Below are positions 52,401 through 64,000 of a stretch of 64,000 bases of DNA, piece by piece (positions within the stretch are counted from its first letter, which is position 1; the number at the start of each line of letters is the position of its first letter). Position numbers and translations under genes: made by a program. Origin of the DNA: Antedon mediterranea (lineage: Eukaryota; Animalia; Echinodermata). Below the pieces are notes generated by a model. It did no database searches, was not told the origin of the DNA, and was given only the letters and a program-made list of their open reading frames with translations. The stretch lies in contig NC_092678.1 in NCBI RefSeq assembly GCF_964355755.1, positions 388,422 through 452,421 on the forward strand. Reading direction: 5' to 3'.

Positions 52401-54521
52401 TTAAATGTAAATTGGAATTTTTGATGATAAATACTTTACTTTATTGCCAAGAAAAAACAACATAAACATATCATCGACAAAGGGTGATAAGATTTAGTTA
52501 AACGAAACAAATCAAAGCTCAACACCAACTTGCATCAGAAAGAGTTTGATTATCACTTATTACTTGTAGATCTTCAATAAGCCTTTTGTTTATTATATTC
52601 TTTGTAGTATCATTAAAAGTTAATGTAAGCCCTCTGCCATATTTAAATTATTTTATTAATTATGTACAGCAGGGCTAGCGAGTATTGATAACATTTAATT
52701 CCAACCTCATTTCTTGACAGATTGATAACATTTGGGTCTTCATCCTCTGCTTTGCTGGTTGATGGCTTATCTTCAACTTCTGTTACATTTTCTTGCTTCT
52801 GAATTACAAATGAAAGAAAATACATATTATTCTTAAGAGATTGCTATGTTTATTATGCTGTTGAACCAAATAATATTTAGTAGCGCACTATGTTGAATTG
52901 GTAATACCATTTTCTTTTATTTCATCATACTACTGTACTTCCATGGACCCTCGAAAGTCAATCAATTTTTCGAGCTTAACCCAATTTAAAAACATTCACA
53001 TTCAGCAATTTCAATTTAGGTGCAAAAGTACAGCAGGGCCATTGCTTTATTTCAGGCCTACATTACGGTACAGTACTTTCCTTTACATAAATTTAAATAA
53101 ATTTATTATTACGCTTAAAAAATGAACACTGTTGTAAAAGTGGAGTGAGTGGAGTCCCACAAGGATCAGTCCTTGGCCCAATCCTATTCATCCTCTTCAT
53201 AAACGATCTTCCAGATAAAATTATCAGCGCAGACTTTAACATGTTTGCAGATGATGCAAAGATTATAAAGACCATCAAAGAAAAATCGGATTCAAGAAAA
53301 CTTCAAATTGATCTTGATAGGGCTCAGGAATGGTCAGAGGACTGGCTGCTAAAATTCAATACCAAGAAATGCGAAGTGCTCCATGTTGGTAGAAAGACAG
53401 AGAAATCAGAATATTGTCTAAATGGAGAAACGTTATTGGCAGTAAAGGAAGAAAAAGACCTTGGTGTTATCTTCACTAGCGACTGCAAGCCAAGCCGACA
53501 GTGTGCTGCAGCAGCAGCTAGAGCGACGAATAGTATGAGAACTGTCAAAAGAACATTCAAAAATATTGACAAAGAAAGTTTTCAGGTCATGTACAAGGCA
53601 TACATCCGTCCACATATGGAATACTGTATACAGTCCTGGTCTCCTTACTATAACAAAGACAAAGAAATCTTGGAGAAGGTGCAGAGAAGAGCTACAAAGA
53701 TGGTCAAGTCAATAAGTGATCTACCATATGAAAAAAGGTTAGAATATCTTGATCTTCAACAATTAGAGACAAGAAGACTACGAGGAGATTTGATTGAAGC
53801 TTTCAAAATTTTGAAAGGCTTTGAGGATATTGACCCAAAAGATTTATTTAAATTGTCTCACAACATCAGAACCAGGGGACACAGCTTAAAACTATATCGT
53901 CCAAAACTTAGAGGAAATCTTATGTGCAGGGTCAACTTTTTTACCATCAGAGTCATACATCACTGGAATTCTCTGCCTGAATATGTAATACAAGCCTCTT
54001 CAGTGAACATCTTTAAGTCTAGACTTGACAACTATTTTCGGCTAGAAATGGAATCTAATAGGCACTAGCCTAAACTATTTCCATCAAACATTAAGTGTAA
54101 GTGTAAAAGTATAAATTCGAATTATTTAAACTCACAAACCTTATTCTTTTTCCAATATTCTTCTTCTTGTTTTGCCATCAGATCTCCTCGTTTGAAAAAC
54201 TTCTTTTCTTTATCCTTTATATTGACAAAAAAGACTGTACATTATTTACCTACTCTATGCTAGGCCTATCTTTTATAAGCAATCCGTGTTCAGTCACCAC
54301 CAAGTCCACGTGCAAGAAGCGTGGCTCAAGTCGTACGACGATTTATAGCGAGAGCTTAGTCTAGGCCTACATTCTAGTGACAATTCAGAGACCAAAATGA
54401 TACTATTTTACTACTAAGCTATCAAAAATATACAGCACAATTATACTAGATTACTTACAAGTACATTTGTATTTTCTAATTGCTTTCTCTTCCTTGCAAT
54501 TTCAGCTTTTATCAGATCCAT
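49425..54521 (-). CDS. PRPF18: Pre-mRNA splicing factor 18, complete, ~335 aa, 11 exons: 54459-54521, 54140-54214, 52706-52798, 52235-52348, 51814-51924, 51356-51460, 50810-50950, 50366-50437, 50081-50198, 49782-49819, 49425-49502
   Basis: [103 protein letters not shown]; all exon phases consistent. Confidence 0.97.
49585..49735. mobile_element. hAT-type MITE; related copy at 60423-60612
   Basis: CAGTGGTGTAAC TIR; 8-bp TSD CTCATAGA (second copy GTGAATAT). Confidence 0.85.
49820..50080 (-). other. U12-type (minor spliceosome) GT-AG intron
   Basis: 5' site GTATCCTTT; branch site TTCCTTAAC 13 nt before the 3' junction. Confidence 0.93.
50480..50745. repeat. Low-complexity CATC/TTTC repeat
   Basis: catccatatttcatccttc tract. 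Confidence 0.9.
50978..51302. mobile_element. Two copies of a short MITE family (AGCTCTGTCTACAC TIR); others at ~57781-57932, 58184-58372, 58761-58906 and 61650-61795
   Basis: aagctctgtctacact..agtgtagacagagctt, usually in TTAA/TAAA context (Kolobok-like). Confidence 0.85.
51579..51798. mobile_element. Palindromic MITE
   Basis: ~65-bp inverted repeats (tttacagcgtcatgcgcaatgatcgtt). Confidence 0.75.
51932..52120. repeat. 15-bp minisatellite (aatgaacacagagta)
   Basis: ~12 tandem units next to a PRPF18 acceptor. Confidence 0.92.
53142..54101 (+). mobile_element. 5'-truncated CR1-like LINE in PRPF18 intron 2 (antisense)
   Basis: Open 307-aa frame [20 protein letters not shown]; (taagtg)n tail; possible TSD tgtaaaagt. 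Confidence 0.92.
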
Positions 54522-55574
54522 TTTTTATACGAGGATCGACGATTCGCGACTCGACTTATTATTGTTTTTTTAAGCTCTGCGTTTCATTGATGGAATCCCG
54601 TCATAATGTGTGAATACGATCAGTAAACTCGTTCACAAGAGGGGAAGACGCGTTACATAGTTTAACGCACAAATTTAATCGAAACTTCCTTGGACTTTTT
54701 TGTATAAAAAAAATCAATTTAATCAATAATTGGTTATTTGTCCATTTATTATATTTAACATTGAGTAATACTGTACAATTAACAAAATTCTATAGAAAGA
54801 TGAAAATGATTCCTACGATTATATTCAAAATTCTATTCATATTTATGCGATATATTCATGCACATACATATATAAATCTAATTTTTTTTTCTTTTTTGAT
54901 AAATATAATTTAGCAAATCAGTTTCAACAAAACCCAATTAGACTAAACAGTTCACTAGCTGTATAGAATAAATATAATTATATATATATACATATATTAT
55001 AATTATATGTGACACAGATTGGAAGTATAAAAATAATAAATAATTTATATATACACTATAACAAAATCCAAATTAAGTGTGCTTGGAGTTCTATTAATGC
55101 AGCATTTACTTTATCTACTATGAATGGTTATAACAACCATTAACTATTTAGAACAATTTTGTCCCACTTAGCACCTCATACAAATTCATGCCATGGCAAG
55201 TCATTACTGCAGTAATTCTTAAAGTTTGCAGTAATATTCAGGGTTACTATTAATACTGCTTTGGGACAAGGCAAGATTGTTACATTATTATACATTACAC
55301 AAATTTTGGACAACATAATGGTAATTATAAAAACAGAAAGTTACTTGGTAACCTGGAATGGCATTTTTGAAAGCTCTTATAATTGTAGCGTACTCGACGG
55401 ACATCAAAAATCTTGTAGGAAAATCCCAGTCACCAGGGGTGACAACAATGATCTTGTGAACCCAAAGCTAGTCACGACAATTTCATTAAATCATAATATA
55501 TTATGTCCAGGATCTTGGACCGACTAGAACCTTGGTCAGGAAATAATTACTATAAAGTCCAAGATATTGACCTA

Positions 55575-55887
55575 TAACCTTTTCACATCTGCAAAATGTA
55601 ACAACTTGTAACCAGGTTTGCATAGTGTAAATACAATAACAAGATTTCACAGGTCACCTCTGGAAAATCTTAGGAGAATAAACACACTGTTGAGAGGCCT
55701 GTTTTTGTTTCGAAATGTTCCGAGTTCTTACTGTGTGCGTGTATTGCCCTGGTATTAAACTGACCAATCATAGTAATCAAATAGCGTGCAACTACACTTT
55801 CTTCCAAGGTTTCTTAGGGTTCGCATATGCATGTATGAAAATCCTGGTTACAAGTTGTTAACATTTATGCAGATGTGAAAAGGGTAT
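55575..55887. mobile_element. MITE just downstream of the GRIP stop codon
   Basis: ~40-bp inverted repeats ccttttcacatctgca..acaacttgtaaccagg. Confidence 0.75.
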
Positions 55888-55900
55888 TAGTCACATGACC

Positions 55901-58900
55901 TCAAAGTGTCTGCAGGGAACTAACATTACTAATCTCTGCAGCGGTACTTAAGGAAGAGTCTTTGTACTCCTTCTCTGTACCATTAACTGGCGTCTCACTC
56001 TGTGTACGACTAAGCAACAACTCTAGCGAGTTTCCGGAGTCTGCAATCAGCGGCACAACCATACAGCAATCGAAGTCACGGGTTCGAGTCCCATTTATCT
56101 ATAAAACAAAACGATTTATCAAATAAACATTGTTAAAATACAAAGAGTTGTAGAAAATACTGATTGTTTAAAACCATGTAAAAATCAATTCAACTTTTAT
56201 TTCAGACAAACTTTATAAGCTTTATTATAAAAAAGCATAGATTGTTTACCTGTAGAATTCTATCAAAGGTTTTGATGTTTCCATTACGTGACGCTGGTCC
56301 TCCAGGCCGAATCATGTTTACAAAGACTCCATTCTCATAAACTCCGTCAGAAACACTGAAGCCAAAATCCTCTACGTCTGTGTCTTTATACAAGATTACT
56401 TTATGGAGTTCAGCTGATATTGTTTTGTGCATGAGTGGTTCTTGTAAGCTAAATGATGTGCTGCGACTTGAATTTGGCAGCGTGCTGCTACGAGACGTAC
56501 CAAAGCTGCTCTCTTTTCCATTTCTGTAATGTCCGCTAAAGTCTAAATTACTACTGACCATATTCAAAGACGCTGTGATTTCATTTACAAGATCTGATGT
56601 TTGTTTTGAATGCTGGAAGTTGTTTTTGGGAATGCACCGGTCAAAAGAGCTATCGTCTCGATCGGAATGCAACCTTTCGTCACCGTATCTACGATGGACT
56701 CTTGAAACATCCCAGTCATCATCACTTATTGGCGATCGGTAATTTTCGTGATATTGATTTGAACGGTTTCTTGATGCTGATCGTGTTCGGCGTTGACCTT
56801 TACGGTTTCTCGATGAACCTTTGCCATGGCGGGAACGCCTTGTAGCTGGGGACATCATCCCCTGGTAGTTGCGGGCTTTTCTGTTGCTATGGTAACCTGT
56901 ATCGATGGATGATACGTTCCAAGTTTCTAAAGCGCTTACACCTTTCGTGACATCCTGGTTAGACTGGTCGCCATTGGTTACGTAAGTAAATTTATCGTCA
57001 TCAATCTATTAATAAAAATAACCTCATCAAATAAAAAAAAAAGGAAAAACAACAATATAACATAACATCTAATAGGTATAAAATATTACGAGATACTGTT
57101 TACAATCAATATCATCATACTCAATGATATACGAATTACGATCCTCGGAGAGGTAGTCATGTGATGCAGTTTCACCAATCACGTTCATGTATTTGCATAG
57201 GGATAGGCTATGTAATATTACAGTACAGTGCATGCTAAGATTGCACCAAATCTCTAGTTTTTGATGTTTAATTTTACATTGTTGTATATTTTTACAAATG
57301 CCACAATTTGATTTTTGTTTATATCTAGAGTGATTCCAGCTTGATTCCAGTATGACACGCCATGTGTGCAAAAGCTACTTAACTTTGTACAAATATTAAG
57401 CTGGATCACCAATTATAAACTAAATCAATTGCATGCCAAAAAAAACATGGGACTTTCGCCGATGAGCTATGCTCGACACGATTATGAGATCATGTCCCAA
57501 ATATGAGCACTGTTTCTATAATTTGACATTATATTATATATACCAGAGATCCATCGTTGTTATTTTTGTTTTGTTTGCTGATTTTTAAATGTACTCTGTC
57601 GCCAGCAGTTTTTAACAAGTGAATGGCGTTGTTGAGTGTTTGTCCGCGTAATGAGATGCCATTGATTGCAAGAATACGATCACCAACATGAATTGCACCG
57701 GTCCTATCAAAGAAAAAAAACACTATAAAACCAATGACTTTATGCTAATTATGCTAATAGTTTTTATTGATTGCTGTATAAAGTTTTGTCCACACTATCA
57801 AACTTTATATGACACAAAAATGTGATGGACCAATATATATTGATATAATGATGTCGTATCACTAACATATTTGGGCAGATCAATACCATATTTGGGCAGA
57901 TCACACTTTTTTGATAGTGTAGACAGAGCTTAATTAATTAGGGTAGAGGTGAGTAATGTCACTTCCCTCCAATATTGATACAGTGAATAATAAAGTTTGT
58001 CAAAGGGTTACCTTCCGGCTAGGCCACCTTCTGTTAGGCCTGATATGATGATTGGGTCAAAGGGCTCCTCAGTGCCAGAGATGGTAACACCCAGTGGGCC
58101 ACCATGACGAACCAACTCAACTGAATAATTTACAGCTCCATCAGCTTCATCTGAAAAACAAATTATATTTTATTGTGAAATTTAAAGCTCTGTCTACACT
58201 ATCAAACTATTTCTGGAGAAAAAAAAATGTGATGTGCCAATATATGGACATGATAATGTCATATATAGACATGATAATGTTCTATCACTACCATATTTGA
58301 GTATATCACTACCATATTTGGGCGCATAACACTTTTTTGTCAAACTAGTTTGATAGTGTAGACAGAGCTTAAGTTTAGTGTTTTCTTTTGAGGCATATCA
58401 ATGAGTGGTATATAAAGACTTTATTCAAACATTTTTAGTAAAGTATTTAAAGCAAAAACAATCAAAGTATTTTGTTCTTCATGAATAACAAAAACGTGTT
58501 GCCATAGTACCTGAGAAAGCTTCATCCTTTTTAAGCCTCAGTCTCACAATCTCATCAGCTTCTTTTAAGATCTGTGCAGCGTCCTCTACGGAGCACTGAT
58601 CTAGCAGAATTCCGTCAATGGCTAGAAGCTTGTCACCTGCTTCAATTCCACCGATCCTGACAACAAATAGAATCGGAAATAGTTTGATGAATATTAAGTA
58701 ATAAAGCCAATGATTTGATACTTTTTAAAAAACAATTATTCTTTATTTGCAAACTTCATTTAAGCTCTGTTTACACTATCAAAGTTTATGTGACAAAATA
58801 TGTGATGTGAAAATATATATGAACATGATGATGTCATATCACTACCATATCTGAGCACATCACACTTTTTTTGTCAAACTAGTTTGATAGTGTAGACAGA

Positions 58901-61900
58901 GCTTTAAAGAAGAAAACAATAAAAAAGGAATGAAATAGAAAGAGGAATGTGTGTTTTAATATTACAACATACCTATGGGCCACACTGCCTTTCTTGATGT
59001 GTGATATTAATAATGGATGTGTGTTTTAATATTACAACATACCTATGGGCCACACTGCCTTTCTTGATGTGTGATATTAATAATGGATGTGTGTTTTAAT
59101 ATTACAACATACCTATGGGCCACACTGCCTTTCTTGATGTGTGATATTAATAATGGATGTGTGTTTTAATATTACAACATACCTATGGGCCACACTGCCT
59201 TTCTTGATGTGTGATATTAATAATGAATGTGTGTTTTAATATTACAACATACCTATGGGCCACACTGCCTTTCTTGATGTGCGATATTAATAATGGATGT
59301 GTGTTTTAATATTACAACATACCTATGGGCCACACTGCCTTTCTTGATGTGTGATATTAATAATGGATGTGTGTTTTAATATTACAACATACCTATGGGC
59401 CACACTGCCTTTCTTGATGTGTGATATTAATAATGGATGTGTGTTTTAATATTACAACATACCTATGGGCCACACTGCCTTTCTTGATGTGTGATATTAA
59501 TAATGGATGTGTGTTTTAATATTACAACATACCTATGGGCCACACTGCCTTTCTTGATGTGTGATATTAATAATGGATGTGTGTTTTAATATTACAACAT
59601 ACCTATGGGCCACACTGCCTTTCTTGATGTGTGATATTAATAATGGATGTGTGTTTTAATATTACAACATACCTATGGGCCACACTGCCTTTCTTGATGT
59701 GTGATATCAATAATGGATGTGTGTTTTAATATTACAACATACCTATGGGCCACACTGCCTTTCTTGATGTGTGATATTAATAATGGATGTGTGTTTTAAT
59801 ATTACAACATACCTATGGGCCACACTGCCTTTCTTGATGTGTGATATTAATAATGGATGTGTGTTTTAATATTACAACATACCTATGGGCCACACTGCCT
59901 TTCTTGATGTGCGATATTAATAATGGATGTGTGTTTTAATATTACAACATACCTATGGGCCACACTGCCTTTCTTGATGTGCGATATTAATAATGGATGT
60001 GTGTTTTAATATTACAACATACCTATGGGCCACACTGCCTTTCTTGATGTGTGATATTAATAATGGATGTGTGTTTTAATATTACAACATACCTATGGGC
60101 CACACTGCCTTTCTTGATGTGTGATATCAATAATGGATGTGTGTTTTAATATTACAACATACCTATGGGCCACACTGCCTTTCTTGATGTGTGATATTAA
60201 TAATGGATGTGTGTTTTAATATTACAACATACCTATGGGCCACACTGCCTTTCTTGATGTGTGATATTAATAATGGATGTGTGTTTTAATATTACAACAT
60301 ACCTATGGGCCACACTGCCTTTCTTGATGTGTGATATTAATAATGGATCACCTCTCTTTCTGTTCTTTGGTGCTAAAAAGAAATAAAATTACATTATGAT
60401 ATTGTTCAACAAGGGTGAATATTATTGGCGTAACGACTATGAGCGTTCACCGGCTTAACCCAATGGCCCAGAGCTTATGGGCCCCAGAGAAGTGTCCTGA
60501 GGAAAATACAGGTATTAAAATATGTCGAAAAGGGATAGAAACGCACAAGACCACCAGCGTTGGAGGGCCACTTGCTAAATCAGGGGCCTCGGGCCTCTTC
60601 GTTACACCACTGGTGAATATGTGGTAGTTAAAATCAAGTCAACTACAGCAAATATGAATCCTTACCACTGACAGTAATCCCAAGTCCACTGCTTGTCATT
60701 GGTAGTTTGATATGAAAGGTACCACTGCTGGGCACAACTGACTCTGACAAAGAAAAATAGAAACAACAAACACTCAATTTAAGTGCTTTAATATGAACAA
60801 AATATCTAGGTGAACCATTATAAACTAAAGTCTTAGTTAAATACCAATTAATTAACAACTCGCTGCTCTGACTTAAGTCTCTGCAACATATGAATGTATA
60901 TAGTTAAGACATTTAATAAATAATCTTATCTTTACCTGCGATATCAAACTCAACTTGTAACATGCATCGTGGGCCGGATTCTCTCAACATCAGGTGTGCG
61001 TCGTCAAGGGTGACGTCTTCTGTGTAGACACCATTGATTGCTAGGATCCTGTCACCAATGTTGAGTACACCAGACCTAAAGCACAATATATTTTCAAAAA
61101 CATTTTTAATAATATTTGTTCTCACAAAACTTCTTTACATTTCAACTAGAAGGGCACTTAGAGAGCGCAAACATCTGCTAACTAACAACTATAGAAAAAA
61201 ACACACACGATCGACCACTAACCTCTCACCAATCTGGCAGAGGTCATTTTCAATTCATTAAATCAAAACAGATACAAAAGCTAACATGAATTGAATAATT
61301 TTGATTCTTACCGTTCAGCTACACCACCAGGTTCTAGAAAGGCAACGATCGCTGGCGTGCCTAAAACATCACTAGCAAAAACACCGCCCTCTAGCATCAA
61401 ACCATAGTCTCCGTTTGGTGAATTTAATGTCATGTCAAGCGTTTCAGTATGACATACCTGTGTCCCAGATACAAGTCCATTGACCGACGAAGACAAGGAT
61501 ACTAAAAAAAAAATTTTTATTTTATTTTACACTAACCAGCCAATTACAAAGAAAAACCTTACATCTACCGTGTGAAGAATGAATAGTAGAATGGCACAAA
61601 AATTGAATGTCATTGAGCAAACTCATCAATTAATTGACATTCAGGAATCTAAAGCTCTGTCTATACTATCAAACTTTGTGAAAAAAAAATGTGATGTGCC
61701 CATATATGGAAATGATGATGTCATATCACTTCCATATTTGGCCATATCACTACCATATTTGGGCACATCACACTTTTTTTGTTAAACTAGTTTACAGAGA
61801 ATGGTTGATTTGTAAAAGATTGATGACAGTGACTTACAGTTTGAGGGGTGTTTCTTGTTTCCACGTCTCGATCCAGGTAGGGTGCTTGCTCTCTGCGCCG

Positions 61901-61999
61901 CTAAGCTAGCATGAGATGGCAAGGTGTTGTAGTTTGATATTGTGCTATAGCTTACTGGAGTTGATGGCCGGCTTGATGATCTGGCTATTGTCTGAGATA
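55901..61999 (-). CDS. GRIP1: Glutamate receptor-interacting protein (GRIP1/2 ortholog), 3' part with PDZ4-7. Exons 61838-61999, 61312-61501, 60936-61075, 60666-60743, 60303-60372, 58511-58656, 58012-58150, 57544-57703, 56250-57005, 55901-56098; 5' exons upstream or outside window
   Basis: [81 protein letters not shown]; phases consistent. Confidence 0.95.
58948..60348. repeat. 70-bp tandem repeat x20 containing the GRIP exon 3' end and donor
   Basis: acctatgggc every 70 bp from 58971 to 60301. Confidence 0.97.
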
Positions 62000-62149
62000 C
62001 TAAAGAAAAACAGTATACATTTTAAAGAAATTCCTGTCCAAAAAAAGCTATAGTACTAAGATCTGTGATTAACTAACATTAGCATTACTTTAAAAAATTA
62101 TTAATGTAGAAACAATACTTTATTTTATTATTTACTAAAGGAAGAACAT

Positions 62150-63163
62150 ACAAAGACAGGTAAATAGTGGTTGCTAGGAAGATACAAAGACAGGTAAATA
62201 GTGGTTCCTAGGAAGATACAAAGACAGGTAAATAGTGGTTCCTAGGAAGATACAAAGACAGGTAAATAGTGGTTCCTAGGAAGATACAAAGACAGGTAAA
62301 TAGTGGTTCCTAGGAAGATACAAAGACAGGTAAATAGTGGTTCCTAGGAAGATACAAAGACAGGTAAATAGTGGTTCCTAGGAAGATACAAAGACAGGTA
62401 AATAGTGGTTCCTAGGAAGATACAAAGACAGGTAAATAGTGGTTGCTAGGAAGATACAAAGACAGGTAAATAGTGGTTGCTAGGAAGATACAAAGACAGG
62501 TAAATAGTGGTTCCTAGGAAGATACAAAGACAGGTAAATAGTGGTTCCTAGGAAGATACAAAGACAGGTAAATAGTGGTTGCTAGGAAGATACAAAGACA
62601 GGTAAATAGTGGTTCCTAGGAAGATACAAAGACAGGTAAATAGTGGTTCCTAGGAAGATACAAAGACAGGTAAATAGTGGTTCCTAGGAAGATACAAAGA
62701 CAGGTAAATAGTGGTTCCTAGGAAGATACAAAGACAGGTAAATAGTGGTTGCTAGGAAGATACAAAGACAGGTAAATAGTGGTTGCTAGGAAGATACAAA
62801 GACAGGTAAATAGTGGTTCCTAGGAAGATACAAAGACAGGTAAATAGTGGTTCCTAGGAAGATACAAAGACAGGTAAATAGTGGTTCCTAGGAAGATACA
62901 AAGACAAGTAAATAGTGGTTCCTAGGAAGATACAAAGACAGGTAAATAGTGGTTGCTAGGAAGATACAAAGACAGGTAAATAGTGGTTCCTAGGAAGATA
63001 CAAAGACAGGTAAATAGTGGTTCCTAGGAAGATACAAAGACCGGTAAATAGTGGTTCCTAGGAAGATACAAAGACAGGTAAATAGTGGTTGCTAGGAAGA
63101 TACAAAGACAGGTAAATAGTGGTTGCTAGGAAGATACAAAGACAGGTAAATAGTGGTTGCTAG
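62150..63163. repeat. 34-bp tandem repeat, ~30 copies
   Basis: tacaaagacaggtaaatagtggtt(c/g)ctaggaaga. Confidence 0.97.
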
Positions 63164-64000
63164 TGTAGCTCTTCACAAAATAATGACAATAATAACTTAA
63201 ACCCAGGTTCTCAATTTCAGCTACAAAATCGATAAAACACAGAATTCCAATACAAAATGCTTTTATTAATTATAACACAACTGCTTACTTTTAAAACTCA
63301 ATACCAACTACCCAGATCTGACTCATCTATCCAATTTCACAGTATTTCTAGATAACACAGGCTATAAAACTTTCTTATTCCCCACCACAAAACCCACAAA
63401 ATGGACCAGTTGTTATGGAAACCTAGATAAAGGAGGTACAGTCTTAATTAATTCAGAGATTGGAATGTGTAAAATCAAACTAAGGCATGATCATTGAGGA
63501 TATACAAGCTACTAAGTAAATATGAACTTAAATACAATAAAATGATAATACTGCTTTTGGAGTATCGCTACATCCACCCCTCCTTTCTTACGTCGTCCAC
63601 GACGTTCGCCTGCTTCAAAACCGAGGGAGACTTGCCGAATAATCTGGTCTTAATTAGGAATTAGACTAAAACTACAAACTCTACAAACTATTAAAAAGGC
63701 ATAAAATGAGGAAACATCAAAATAAACAAAACTTATCTATGATAATACTGTATAAAACAAACTTATTAGTAGTGCGGTTCATTACCACCTGAAACAGTCA
63801 CATATTACCAACAATTGCAAACTGTCTATTATTAACTGTCTATTATTAACTGTATCATAACATCATGAATACTATAAAATATAAGATACATTCCATTCTA
63901 AAATGAAATTGTACAGCGCAGTACTTGCTGTTCAGACTCAAATTGACCTAGTAAATACTTACTCGGTATGAAACGATGAATAAACATAAGGAATGATTTA

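Noticed and set aside
36811-63163. CRISPR arrays (45-, 51-, 70- and 34-bp repeats; spacer-like 41.7-43.3 kb)
   Set aside because: No unique spacers, no cas genes, eukaryotic spliced context
62150-63163. Donor-like CAG|GTAAAT in the 34-bp repeat
   Set aside because: Lies on the strand opposite to GRIP; no supporting + strand exon
63592-64000. Further GRIP exons (63592-63643 and 63963 onward)
   Set aside because: Splice signals are plausible but there is no recognisable homology; left out of the model

Overview
AT-rich animal (probably marine invertebrate deuterostome) nuclear DNA with three zones; all coordinates were read by eye. (1) 1-34074: a head-to-tail array of a ~10.1-kb mosaic unit (the same sequence recurs at 1, 16063 and 26191). 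It is stitched from fragments of two LINEs, a Gypsy integrase, a PIF1/Helitron helicase and a DIRS element (gag-RT-RNaseH), plus exon pieces of an hnRNP A/B-like host gene. Most fragments lie on the + strand. Copy-specific later events include an internal duplication, a TA-flanked MITE, and a Sola2 transposon carrying a nested Chapaev-type element. (2) 34.1-48.3 kb: MITEs, satellites (one built from Helitron 3' ends) and a probable multi-exon non-coding transcript on the - strand pointing toward the array, so zones 1 and 2 together resemble a uni-strand piRNA cluster (inference). (3) 49.4-64 kb: a complete 11-exon PRPF18 gene with a U12-type intron, and the 3' half of a GRIP-family multi-PDZ gene whose intron holds 20 tandem copies of an exon end plus splice donor.
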